From: Eubacteriales bacterium | GTDB taxonomy: Bacteria > Bacillota > Clostridia > Oscillospirales > CAG-272 | Direction of reading: 5' to 3' | Length of the DNA: 64,000 bases | Assembly: GCA_045655565.1 (NCBI GenBank) | Contig: JAZOPN010000062.1 | Coordinates: forward strand, 10,546 to 74,545 | In this document: piece by piece, positions 36,261 through 45,075 of the stretch | How positions within the stretch are numbered: position 1 is the stretch's first letter | How the letters are laid out: every line of letters starts with the position of its first letter | Translations under genes and position numbers: made by a program | Notes under the pieces: model-generated | What the model saw: only the letters and a program-made list of their open reading frames with translations | Databases searched by the model: none | Told to the model about the DNA's origin: nothing

Positions 36261-36307
36261 AGGTTCGATTTTCGTTAAGCTTGGTGGACCATCTAGGACT
36301 CGAACCT
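36261..36307. repeat. attR: right terminal inverted repeat, 9-bp core and the tRNA-derived B' arm
   Basis: It comprises AGGTTCGATTTTCGTTAAGCTTG (36261-36283), CTTGGTGGA (36280-36288) and TCGAACCT (36300-36307). Confidence 0.8.
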
Positions 36308-36358
36308 AGGACCGACCGGTTATGAGCCGGTAGCTCTAACCAACTGAGCTAATGGTCC
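36282..36358 (-). tRNA. tRNA with CAT anticodon (elongator Met or lysidine-type Ile2; not distinguishable by eye)
   Basis: The 77-nt cloverleaf read on the minus strand is GGACCAT-TA-GCTC-AGTTGGTTA-GAGC-T-ACCGG-CTCATAA-CCGGT-CGGTC-CTAGG-TTCGAGT-CCTAG-ATGGTCC-A-CCA. All four stems are fully paired and the CCA is encoded. Confidence 0.9.
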
Positions 36359-36923
36359 AAATAAATATTTAGTTTTAGTGTTTGGTGGCGTGCTGTGCCG
36401 ACCGGTTATACTCCTTGTGAGCTTGCCGCCTTCGTCGGCGGTGAAACCGACTATTTGCGCGTCTTGTAATAATGCATTTGAACTTATATTCCATAACGAA
36501 AATGCTATTCACAACACGGCTAATATATTATAGCAAATAATAGTGAACAATATGTTAACAAAATATTAACAAATAATAAAATAGTGGCATTAAGATTAGT
36601 GTCTTTTTACCGGGATTGTTTTGTCGTGATTTGGGGAGCGAAAACGGCTTTTTTCATTTGCTATGAGGCTTTTCATCGGTGTGTATTTTGCTAGTGGGGG
36701 TGCTGTAATATCGGGTGCGTGTTTTGTGGGCGTGTCATCCGGCTATTATTTGGTGCGTTTTTGCTTAATCGAATTTCGTATGCGCGCAAATAAAAGAGCA
36801 AATTATGCTAATTGGTGGTTGTAAAAGCGACTATGTTATGCTAAAATAGTATTGAATAAATGGAACAAAACAAAAAGCGTCGAGCAAAAGGACGCTTTCA
36901 CTCTAATGAAAAGGAAATAAAAA

Positions 36924-37646
36924 ATGAAAAGATTAATAGCTGCAATTCGCCTTGTCGCGCTGCTTGTTGTCTCTCTTTGCAGTTGCGCGATGGGAAAGCT
37001 TGATAGCCTCGGCAATGTCCTGCTTCTCGGAGATAGTTTCTCTACATTCGAGGGCAGCATTCCCGAGGGCTATGCCTGCTTTTACAAAAATACCGGTTAC
37101 GGTGGCGTAACATCCGAGGAGCATACCTGGTGGCACCGCCTTATTACAATGACAGGCTCGCACCTGCTACTGAACTCTAGCTACTCGGGCAGCACAATTT
37201 GCCACACGGGATATAGCGGAGAGGACTATTCTGACATATCATTTATAACTAGGCTTCGCGAACTGATTTCCGATGGCTTCTTTGAGAGGAATTCTGTCGA
37301 CACTTTCATAGTGTATGGCGGACTAAACGACTATTGGGCATCGGCACCACGTGGCGAGATAAAATATGACGGCATCACCGAGGCAGACCTCTATTCCGTC
37401 TACCCCGCCTTGTCATTAATCTTCAGCCTTGTGCGAGAGGCTTCGCCCGACACGAGGATAATTTTCATCATCGAGGATATGCTTGATGACGATATGTCGG
37501 GGACAATAAAGGAAATCGCGGCGCACTACGGTGTCGACACCATAGAGCCGAGGGATATAGAAATGCAGGACTCTCACCCCAACTACAACGGAATGAAGTC
37601 GCTAGCAGAGCAGATTGTTGTTGCTCTTCGGGAGATGAAAAAGTAA
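36924..37646 (+). CDS. SGNH/GDSL-family hydrolase, probable lipoprotein
   Basis: It has a signal peptide with cysteines (VVSLCSCAMG) and the block I motif LLLGDSFS. The later DSHPN is the SGNH block V. Confidence 0.7.
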   Translation: MKRLIAAIRLVALLVVSLCSCAMGKLDSLGNVLLLGDSFSTFEGSIPEGYACFYKNTGYGGVTSEEHTWWHRLITMTGSHLLLNSSYSGSTICHTGYSGEDYSDISFITRLRELISDGFFERNSVDTFIVYGGLNDYWASAPRGEIKYDGITEADLYSVYPALSLIFSLVREASPDTRIIFIIEDMLDDDMSGTIKEIAAHYGVDTIEPRDIEMQDSHPNYNGMKSLAEQIVVALREMKK

Positions 37647-38108
37647 AAGCCTAAAAAACGGGTAGAAAAAACTCACGCGACCGCACATTGGGTGATATCC
37701 TTAGCGGAGAATTTACAACTTACCAAAAGTGCAAGCATCGCATTTGTCTGGACAAATGCAAAAGGGCTAAGCCCAACCCCATATTACAAACAGAAAGAGA
37801 GAACAAATCGGCTTAAATCCCGAAAAGTTCTCTCTTTGTCTGTTAGCGATGTTTTTGCTGATGCAAAAGTGATGTTATGCTCCGCATAATGATGTTTCTC
37901 GCCATTTGATAAGCAAATACAAGCTCGAGGTGATGTTTGCCCACTGTGCCGAAGGCACAACATCATTCACGCAGTGACCATCACTGCCGAAGGCAACATC
38001 ACTTGCCCGTAAGGGCAAACATCGTTTAGCGTGAATGCTCCGTTAATAGCATCACGCTATTGGCGCGTGAGTTTTTTAATTTTATAACATCTTTGCCAGC
38101 CACCCGTG

Positions 38109-39134
38109 TTAAATTAATGCGAGGTAAACGATGAGGGGCATAGTGATAATGCAAAGAATTGTTGACACCACGACGAGACGGCTTGTGTAGACTGCGTCGC
38201 AATCATATTTTTCGGCGAACATAGTCGCGCTGGATGCCGCAGGGGTGGAGGCGAGGATGATGGTAACTAGGGTGGACACCTCGTTAATCGGGGCGATAAG
38301 TCCTGCAAGCTTGATTATCCCGAGCAGGGCGAGGGGGAGCACCAGGTGCCTTAGAGCTAGGAATAGGTACATATAGCCATCCGTAAAAAGCCCATTAAAC
38401 TTGATCTCGGCAAGTCTAAGACCTATGACAACCATAGACAGGGGTGCGACAAGTGCCTTAATCATATTCAGTGTTTCGGTGATTAGGCTCAGGTTGACTG
38501 TGGCTAGCAGGTCGGCATTCACACCGGCAACAAGGCATATAACGCCTATTATAGATGCGAGGGTAACCGGGTGTAAGAGCACCTTGAGTAGACCGCCTGC
38601 CTGCTTGGTTTCCTTGACCGCGCTGATATATCTGTCGGTGATATCGTGGTCACCGTCACCGTCCATATCGACGCCATCCCTCACTGTGCACAGATGCACA
38701 CCAAGTGTCCATAGGAATAGGTTAAATGTAATGTTGTATATAGAGGCGTAAATTGCTGCCTCAGGGCCTATTATCGCGTCAATAAGCGGAATGCCCATAA
38801 ATGCCGCGTTAGCAAATATGGTCACAAATCTTAGCATACGGCGTCTGCCCTCTTCTGCGCCGCGGAAGAGCAGTAGCGCAACCACCGAGAAGAGAACGTG
38901 AGCCACCACCGACAGGACAAACACAACTATTATGTTTAGCCAAATGTGTGAGAAGTCGACATCGCAATTTATATATGCCGCAACAATCAATACAGGCTGT
39001 GCAATATAGAGTATGAGGTTGGATAGCCCCTTGCCGAAGCCATCGGGTACAAGGCGCGCCTTTTTGAGCACGACGCCCGGCACCATCATAACAAAGAGTA
39101 ATGCAACTTGAAAAATTAGTTTGCTAATGTCCAT
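38109..39134 (-). CDS. AEC (auxin efflux carrier) family transporter
   Basis: It has about 10 TM segments. The N-terminus MDISKLIFQVALLFVMMVPGVVLKKARLVPDGFGKGLSNLILYIAQPVLI is typical of the AEC family. Confidence 0.8.
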   Translation of the reverse strand: MDISKLIFQVALLFVMMVPGVVLKKARLVPDGFGKGLSNLILYIAQPVLIVAAYINCDVDFSHIWLNIIVVFVLSVVAHVLFSVVALLLFRGAEEGRRRMLRFVTIFANAAFMGIPLIDAIIGPEAAIYASIYNITFNLFLWTLGVHLCTVRDGVDMDGDGDHDITDRYISAVKETKQAGGLLKVLLHPVTLASIIGVICLVAGVNADLLATVNLSLITETLNMIKALVAPLSMVVIGLRLAEIKFNGLFTDGYMYLFLALRHLVLPLALLGIIKLAGLIAPINEVSTLVTIILASTPAASSATMFAEKYDCDAVYTSRLVVVSTILCIITMPLIVYLALI

Positions 39135-39146
39135 TTGAAGTCCCTT

Positions 39147-39803
39147 TTAGAGTGTTAATAGCTGTTTATATGCCGAATAAACCGCGCGGTATGTCTTCTC
39201 ATCGACAACCGGTATCAGGGTTAGCGCGCCATCCCTGCCGTCACGTGGCCTTATCTCGTAGGCGTAGGTGTAGCCCTCGCCATCCTCTTTTGCCTCGGCA
39301 AGTAGCGCATATCGCTTGCCTAGGCAATCAACCGTCGCAACCTGCTTCAGCGTCATCGTGGTTATGCCATCATCGAGGGTGACATCCCTTGCCGTTGTCG
39401 GGTCGAGTATGCTCTCAAGTGCCGCGGCAGCCGAGATGTGGTAAATCTCTCGCCTCTCTGAAACCGAATACTCTATGCGATCCCCGGAGCGTGTGCCTAT
39501 CCCGCGAACAAGAGCAACGAACTCGCGCACAAAAGAGATAAGCATAGTTACAGGCGCGACAAGATAGAGCGAGAATATTACCGCTATGATGCGTGCCAGG
39601 GCGGCTTTCTTCGTGCGCCTCGCTACCCATTTGTTGACGCAAATGAGCAACGGTATTGACAGAAGAAAACACAGCGAGTGTATGACAAGATATGCTATGA
39701 ATGTATGGTTTTCTTCAAGGAAAAAAATGTTGATACCGGCAACTATGGTCGCAATTGATAATATGAGATATAATACTCTGCCGACAGTCTTTAGTGCCCT
39801 CAT
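39147..39803 (-). CDS. Membrane protein with a DUF1292-like C-terminal domain
   Basis: I prefer the start at 39803 (ATG 4 nt after GAGGGAGGA). Three or four TM helices are followed by LKQVATVDCLGKRYALLAEAKEDGEGYTYAYEIR...LTLIPVVDEKTYRAVYSAY, which is DUF1292-like from memory. Confidence 0.45.
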   Translation of the reverse strand: MRALKTVGRVLYLILSIATIVAGINIFFLEENHTFIAYLVIHSLCFLLSIPLLICVNKWVARRTKKAALARIIAVIFSLYLVAPVTMLISFVREFVALVRGIGTRSGDRIEYSVSERREIYHISAAAALESILDPTTARDVTLDDGITTMTLKQVATVDCLGKRYALLAEAKEDGEGYTYAYEIRPRDGRDGALTLIPVVDEKTYRAVYSAYKQLLTL

Positions 39804-39955
39804 AGCATCCTCCCTCGTTGTTTTTACAAAATACATTTTACAATATCGAGAGCCAAAAGTCAAGAGCAATATATACTTGACTTTTAATATAAATTAGTGT
39901 AAAATATATTACGCCGCGCAATTTTGATGCGCGAGATTTATTTAGGAGGGTGAAA

Positions 39956-40906
39956 ATGCGCCATTTAGCATTGCTTAATATTGAGCACGGCACTCATGGT
40001 GGGATATTTGAGTTTTTGCACGAGAGCTTCGGCGAGTTCGGTGTATTCCTTGATGAGGTTGTCCTTCACGGTCTTATCGAGATGCTGACAATAGTACCCT
40101 TCCTATTTTTGACCTATCTTTTGATGGAATTTATTGAGCATAGGGCATCCGACAAGGTTAGCGGATTCATGCAGGGGGCGGGCGTTCTCGGCCCTCTTGT
40201 CGGTGGTGCTCTCGGTGCTCTGCCACAGTGTGGCTTCTCTGCCTCGGCATCAAATCTTTACACGGGTAGGGTCATAACCCTCGGCACACTTGTGGCGGTA
40301 TTCCTCTCCACCTCGGACGAGATGTTGCCGATATTCCTTGCCGGTGATGTCGACATCCTTAAGGTTGTGCTAATAATTATTTACAAAATTGTCGTGGCTA
40401 TCATAGTTGGCTTTGGCGTGGATTTCGCCATGCGCCTCATGCGACGCGATAAGGGCGATATTAATATTGACGAGATATGCGGTGAGGATGGCTGCCACTG
40501 CGAGCGTGGAATTCTGCGCTCCGCCCTGCACCACACGCTCTCGGTCTCTCTCTGGTGCCTTGGCATCATACTGCTTCTCAACGCAGTTGTGTACTTTGTT
40601 GGCGAGGAGGTAATAGGTGCGATTATAATAGATGTGCCTGTTCTCTCGCACCTGATATGCGCCATCGTCGGACTGATACCGAACTGTGCGGCATCGGTCG
40701 CACTCTCTCGCTTAGCACTCTCGGGCTTCATCTCCACGGGAGAGATGCTCTCGGGACTATTCTCTGCTGCGGGCGTCGGAATGTTCGTCCTCTTTAAGAT
40801 GAACAAGAGAGTAAAGGAAAATCTTATGGTTGTCGCGATTGTGGTTATCGCGGGTGTTTTCTTCGGGCTTATAGCCGATCTTTTGCCTTGGCTCTCCATT
40901 GCATAA
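39956..40906 (+). CDS. ArsP_2-like putative 10-TM metal (manganese) transporter
   Basis: The ATG at 39956 follows AGGAGGG. LIEMLTIVPFLFLTYLLMEFIEHRA and GALPQCGFSASASNLY match my memory of this family. Confidence 0.55.
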   Translation: MRHLALLNIEHGTHGGIFEFLHESFGEFGVFLDEVVLHGLIEMLTIVPFLFLTYLLMEFIEHRASDKVSGFMQGAGVLGPLVGGALGALPQCGFSASASNLYTGRVITLGTLVAVFLSTSDEMLPIFLAGDVDILKVVLIIIYKIVVAIIVGFGVDFAMRLMRRDKGDINIDEICGEDGCHCERGILRSALHHTLSVSLWCLGIILLLNAVVYFVGEEVIGAIIIDVPVLSHLICAIVGLIPNCAASVALSRLALSGFISTGEMLSGLFSAAGVGMFVLFKMNKRVKENLMVVAIVVIAGVFFGLIADLLPWLSIA

Positions 40907-41035
40907 ATAATTAGGGTCGATTATTCGGCCCTTTTTATAAAATATTTTTACTTGTTACAAAATATACTATATTTTTCGTGTCTTTTGTGCTAAAATATTC
41001 TTAAAGAAATCAAACGAAAAAGAGAGGGGTCGCAT

Positions 41036-43069
41036 ATGGAAAAATGGGTGAAAAAGGCAATATCTCTTGCTGTCGGTCTTGCTTTTACTAACAAGCATAA
41101 CCCCTCTGTTATACCCTATTATCCGCAGAAGACCGAGGTTTCGGGTAAAGAGGAGAGATATTTTCGCCGTTCTACCCCGGAGCATGTGGGTATTAGCTCG
41201 GGTAGACTGCTTGCTATGCTGACCGCCCTCGAGCGCGAGCGCCGTGCCAATATACACAACCTGCTCGTCATCAAGGATGGCCTTGTTATATGCGAGTGCT
41301 CACATCCCGGATATGACACAAATGTGTGGCATCTCTCTCACTCTATGTCGAAGTCGCTGACGGGGATGGCTATCGGTCTATTGGTGGATGACGGGCTAAT
41401 CTCGCTAGACGAGCATATCGTGGATATATTTCCCGAGGTGCATTATAAGGATCCGAAATTTAAGGATATCACCATACATCACCTGCTTTCTATGACTGCG
41501 GGTGTCGGCTTTGCAGAGGCGGGTGCTGTCAGCGAGGCTAAGTGGACGGAGGCGTTCTTTGAGTCGGCTGTCGCATATACGCCCGGCGATGCCTTTAACT
41601 ACAACAGTATGAACACATACATCCTCGCGCGTGTCGCGGTACTTCGCGCGGGTAAGTCGCTCACCGAGCTTGTAAAGGAAAGAATTCTAGGCCCCCTCGG
41701 CATAACCAACTTCTTCTGGGAGGTCGGCCCTGAGGGCGTAGAAAAGGGCGGATGGGGCGTGTATATGTCGCCTGAGAGCTGGGCAAAGCTCGGATATATG
41801 ATGCTTAACGATGGCGTTTTCGAGGGGAGGCGTATCCTCTCATCAGAATGGGTGAAACTAAGCACTTCGTTACACGCCAAGACCCCCGACATCATCGGCC
41901 CATATAACTATGGTTATCAGCTGTGGGTGTCCCGAAAGACATCGACATTCCTCTTTAACGGTATGCTCGGTCAGAATGTGTGGATATGCCCGACAAACAA
42001 CATTGTCGTTGTCATAAATTCCGGCAACAACGAGATTTTCCAGAATAGCCCGGCGATGGCTATAATGGAGAAATATCTATCGTTTGACCTGTCGGGTGAC
42101 CGAAAGGACTCCTGCTTCGTTGGTGACCACGGTGACCTTAAGCGCAAGGAAGAGAGCTTTTTCGTGCGCCGTCATTGGGTGCGTCCGTATGAGCCTTTGC
42201 GCGGCATATCCTACCGCCTCGGTCTGCGCGACGCTACACCATATCCCGAGGAGTGGGACGAGCTAATCGGCAAGTATCACTTCGTCAAGAATAACTACGG
42301 AATTCTCCCCCTGTTTATCAGAGGTATGCAGAACAACCTGAAGAACAGCATTGATGGCGTTGAGTTCGAGCGTATCGATGACAGAATATTTTTCACATTT
42401 TACGAGGGTGGCGAGAGCTATCGGTTAGAGGTTGGCTTCTATGACTTCAAGACCACCGTCATTGATTACCACGGGGAAAAATACATTCTAAAGGTCATCG
42501 GTGAGGCAATGGAGGACGAGGACAGAGAGATGCTCTACAAGCTCGAAATACTTCTGCCCGAGATGCCCAATACGAGAATGATTAAATTTTCCTTTATCGA
42601 GGGTGGCAGGCTCCTTATGCGTATGAGCGAGATGCCGAACCATAAGATAGCCGATGTATTCTTAGCCGAGATGAGCTTCACGGACCATCGTATGGCGTTC
42701 CTTATCAGCCTGCTTGAGAATAGGATTGGTAAAAACTTTATGGCGAAGAAGGTCGAGGAGGTGTTCTCGCCCCGTCTTATCGGCGCTAAGGTTGGTTCTG
42801 AGGATTACACCGCGATAATGGACGAGGAGCGCGAGAAGCTCAAGGCAAATGAGAAAACCATTAAGTTCATAGATGGAATAGTGAAAAAGTTCTTCCACGA
42901 TGAGGAAGAGGAGCTTCGTGACGAGTGCCGTGAGAAGAGCAGTCTCAGAACACTCCTTACTGACATCGTAGACAGGATTAAGTCTAAGTTGCCCTCGAAG
43001 CGTGGCGCGGAGGAATTGCCGACGACTGCCGAAATTCCGGCACTTGAAGCACCTGTACCCGAGGATTGA
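41036..43069 (+). CDS. Beta-lactamase-family serine hydrolase with a long C-terminal extension
   Basis: It has the SxxK motif in WHLSHSMSKSLTGMAIGLL and a later YNSMNTY (YxN). Confidence 0.8.
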   Translation: MEKWVKKAISLAVGLAFTNKHNPSVIPYYPQKTEVSGKEERYFRRSTPEHVGISSGRLLAMLTALERERRANIHNLLVIKDGLVICECSHPGYDTNVWHLSHSMSKSLTGMAIGLLVDDGLISLDEHIVDIFPEVHYKDPKFKDITIHHLLSMTAGVGFAEAGAVSEAKWTEAFFESAVAYTPGDAFNYNSMNTYILARVAVLRAGKSLTELVKERILGPLGITNFFWEVGPEGVEKGGWGVYMSPESWAKLGYMMLNDGVFEGRRILSSEWVKLSTSLHAKTPDIIGPYNYGYQLWVSRKTSTFLFNGMLGQNVWICPTNNIVVVINSGNNEIFQNSPAMAIMEKYLSFDLSGDRKDSCFVGDHGDLKRKEESFFVRRHWVRPYEPLRGISYRLGLRDATPYPEEWDELIGKYHFVKNNYGILPLFIRGMQNNLKNSIDGVEFERIDDRIFFTFYEGGESYRLEVGFYDFKTTVIDYHGEKYILKVIGEAMEDEDREMLYKLEILLPEMPNTRMIKFSFIEGGRLLMRMSEMPNHKIADVFLAEMSFTDHRMAFLISLLENRIGKNFMAKKVEEVFSPRLIGAKVGSEDYTAIMDEEREKLKANEKTIKFIDGIVKKFFHDEEEELRDECREKSSLRTLLTDIVDRIKSKLPSKRGAEELPTTAEIPALEAPVPED

Positions 43070-43078
43070 AATAAAAAA

Positions 43079-43105
43079 ATGGGCAGAAAACGAAAGTCTC
43101 TGCCC
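43079..43105. terminator. Bidirectional terminator
   Basis: An 8-bp stem TGGGCAGA / TCTGCCCA, flanked by an A-run upstream and TTATT downstream, between convergent genes. Confidence 0.65.
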
Positions 43106-43119
43106 ATTATTGATATGGA

Positions 43120-43344
43120 TTAGTCGAGGTTGAGCTTATTAAGCATATCGCGAAGCGCTCTTGCCTCTTCTTGGGAAATGGTAACGCCCTTACCCATCTT
43201 TTCGTGATCGGGAGACCAGGTACGAATATCGTAAACAGGCTCTCTGTCATTCCAGCTGATAAGGTTAAGTTCCTTGTTCCAACCGTTGTTGCCCTCGCTA
43301 ACGATACCGATCTTGTCAACTACCTCATACTTGATTTCAGGCAT
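43120..43344 (-). CDS. YdbC / PC4-like single-stranded DNA-binding protein
   Basis: GWNKELNLISWNDREPVYDIRTWSPDHEKMGKGVTIS closely matches the YdbC (DUF2128, PC4-like) family as I remember it. Confidence 0.8.
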   Translation of the reverse strand: MPEIKYEVVDKIGIVSEGNNGWNKELNLISWNDREPVYDIRTWSPDHEKMGKGVTISQEEARALRDMLNKLNLD

Positions 43345-43641
43345 GCTCGTTTCCTCCTTATATTATTTAATTATTATTAAAAAATATGTATTTTAATACA
43401 TTTTATCATAGCAATTATTTCTTGTCAATAAAAATAGCAAAAAAATGTGAATAATTTGAAAATTTTTCATACTTTGTCGCAAAATAACATCTATATACCG
43501 AAAAATGCTGTTTTGGATGTGGTCGTATGCTGTTTTTTCTATGATAATTAAGTTCTGATTGTGAATTAGTGATATTGAATTTTAGGATTTTTTTGCGATA
43601 TAATAATATATAAAAAATACTAACTATTGGGGGTCTGGTAT

Positions 43642-45072
43642 ATGTATGATATTGCCATTGTCGGTGCCGGCGTTGTCGGCGCTATGGTAGCGCGCGAGAT
43701 GATGCGATATGGCATGTCGGTGTGCATTCTTGAGCGCGACTATGATGTTAGTATGGGTTCGACCCGTGCCAACAGCGCGATTGTGCACGCGGGCTTTGAT
43801 GCTAAGGAGGGCAGCTTAAAGGCGAGGCTCAATGTCCGTGGCTCCGAGATGATGGAGCACGTGGCAGAGGAACTTGGTGTAAAATACAACAGGTGTGGTT
43901 CGCTCGTTGTCGGATTTACTGCCGAGGATAGGGCTACTCTTGAAGAGCTTCGAGTACGCGGTGAGAAAAACGGCGTAGATGGACTCCGGGTGCTGGAGAG
44001 AGATGAACTGGTCAAGATAGAGGGCGGTGTTGGTGATGATGTAATATGCGCCCTATACGCGCCCACAGGTGCTATAATATGCCCGTATGAGCTGACGGTT
44101 GCCGCCATAGGTAATGCTATGGATAACGGTGCTGCCCTTATGACCGAGTTTTGCGTCGAGAAAATCGAGACGGTAGATGGCGGTTATGAGCTTTACTCAG
44201 GTGAGAGGAGCGTTTCTGCCAGATATGTTATCAACTGCGCCGGTGTCTATGCAGATGAGGTGGCGAGGATGGTCGGTGACGACAGCTTCAAGATAACCCC
44301 GAGGCGTGGCGAATATATGCTTCTCGACCGCGAGTGTGGCGGTGTGGTGTCGCATACCATATTCCGTTGCCCATCCAAGATGGGTAAGGGTGTCCTTGTT
44401 ACACCGACCGTTGACGGTAATCTTCTTCTCGGCCCGACTGCCGAGGATATAGAGGACAAGGAGGATACCTCCACCACGGCACAGGGACTTGCCAAGGTGC
44501 GCGCTCTTGCGTCGGCACAGGTGTCGGGTATTGATTTTAGCAAGGTTATAACCTCATTTACAGGCCTTAGGGCAACAGGTTCGACAGGTGATTTCATAAT
44601 CAACTCGCCTAGGGCAGGCTTCATCAACTGTGCCGGCATAGAAAGTCCCGGTCTATCCTCTGCCCCCGCTATTGCTGAATATGTTGTTGATATGCTACGC
44701 GAGATGGGTGAGGCACTTGCGGTACGCGAGGACTTTAATTCGCGTCGCGAGCCTATGCATCTCTTCCACGAGATGAACATAGACGAAAAGCGCAAATATG
44801 TTGCCGAGCACCCCGAGTATGGTCACATAATATGCAGGTGCGAGCTTGTGACAGAGGGCGAGATACTCGCCGCAATACGCGCGAATCCGAAGCCTCGCGA
44901 TGTTGATGGTGTTAAGAGACGCACCCGTGCTACAATGGGACGCTGTCAGGGTGGCTTCTGCACACCATATATAATCGACCTCATCAGCCGAGAACTGGGT
45001 CTAGACTATGCCGATGTTAAAAAGTCCGGCGGCAACTCCTACATCAATCTCGGAAAGACTAAGGAGGTGTAA
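43642..45072 (+). CDS. FAD-dependent oxidoreductase, GlpA/glycerol-3-phosphate dehydrogenase-like, with a BFD-like [2Fe-2S] domain
   Basis: It has the FAD fingerprint YDIAIVGAGVVGAMVA and the C-terminal CRCELVTEGEI...GRCQGGFC. Confidence 0.8.
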   Translation: MYDIAIVGAGVVGAMVAREMMRYGMSVCILERDYDVSMGSTRANSAIVHAGFDAKEGSLKARLNVRGSEMMEHVAEELGVKYNRCGSLVVGFTAEDRATLEELRVRGEKNGVDGLRVLERDELVKIEGGVGDDVICALYAPTGAIICPYELTVAAIGNAMDNGAALMTEFCVEKIETVDGGYELYSGERSVSARYVINCAGVYADEVARMVGDDSFKITPRRGEYMLLDRECGGVVSHTIFRCPSKMGKGVLVTPTVDGNLLLGPTAEDIEDKEDTSTTAQGLAKVRALASAQVSGIDFSKVITSFTGLRATGSTGDFIINSPRAGFINCAGIESPGLSSAPAIAEYVVDMLREMGEALAVREDFNSRREPMHLFHEMNIDEKRKYVAEHPEYGHIICRCELVTEGEILAAIRANPKPRDVDGVKRRTRATMGRCQGGFCTPYIIDLISRELGLDYADVKKSGGNSYINLGKTKEV

Positions 45073-45075
45073 ACT

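Larger units (their letters stand above)
21341..36288 (+). mobile_element. Integrated element of about 14.9 kb (IME-like) in a tRNA 3' end: type I R-M cargo plus Rep/relaxase-like gene plus large serine recombinase
   Basis: It has 23-bp terminal inverted repeats and a shared 9-bp core at both junctions. The recombinase gene sits next to attR. All 12 genes are on the plus strand. It is visibly more A+T-rich than the flanks (by eye, not quantified). Confidence 0.8.

Noticed and set aside
21197-36281. The outer 20-bp direct repeats as the functional boundaries of the present element (tyrosine-integrase-style core).
   Set aside because: No tyrosine integrase is encoded. The inner junctions give a near-perfect palindromic attP that fits the encoded serine recombinase. 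The outer repeat is better explained as an older scar, but this remains testable.
36003-36309. A cluster of 60-96-aa ORFs on both strands (36003-36194, 35971-36222, 36019-36309, 36041-36232).
   Set aside because: They overlap each other across the GC-rich multi-tier hairpin and the tRNA, have no RBS, and encode proline/arginine-rich nonsense. They are explained by the palindromic DNA.
37692-37966. ORFs of 65 aa (plus strand) and 60 aa (minus strand) between the SGNH hydrolase and AEC transporter genes.
   Set aside because: They lie in the hairpin-array region, have no RBS and show no protein-like features.
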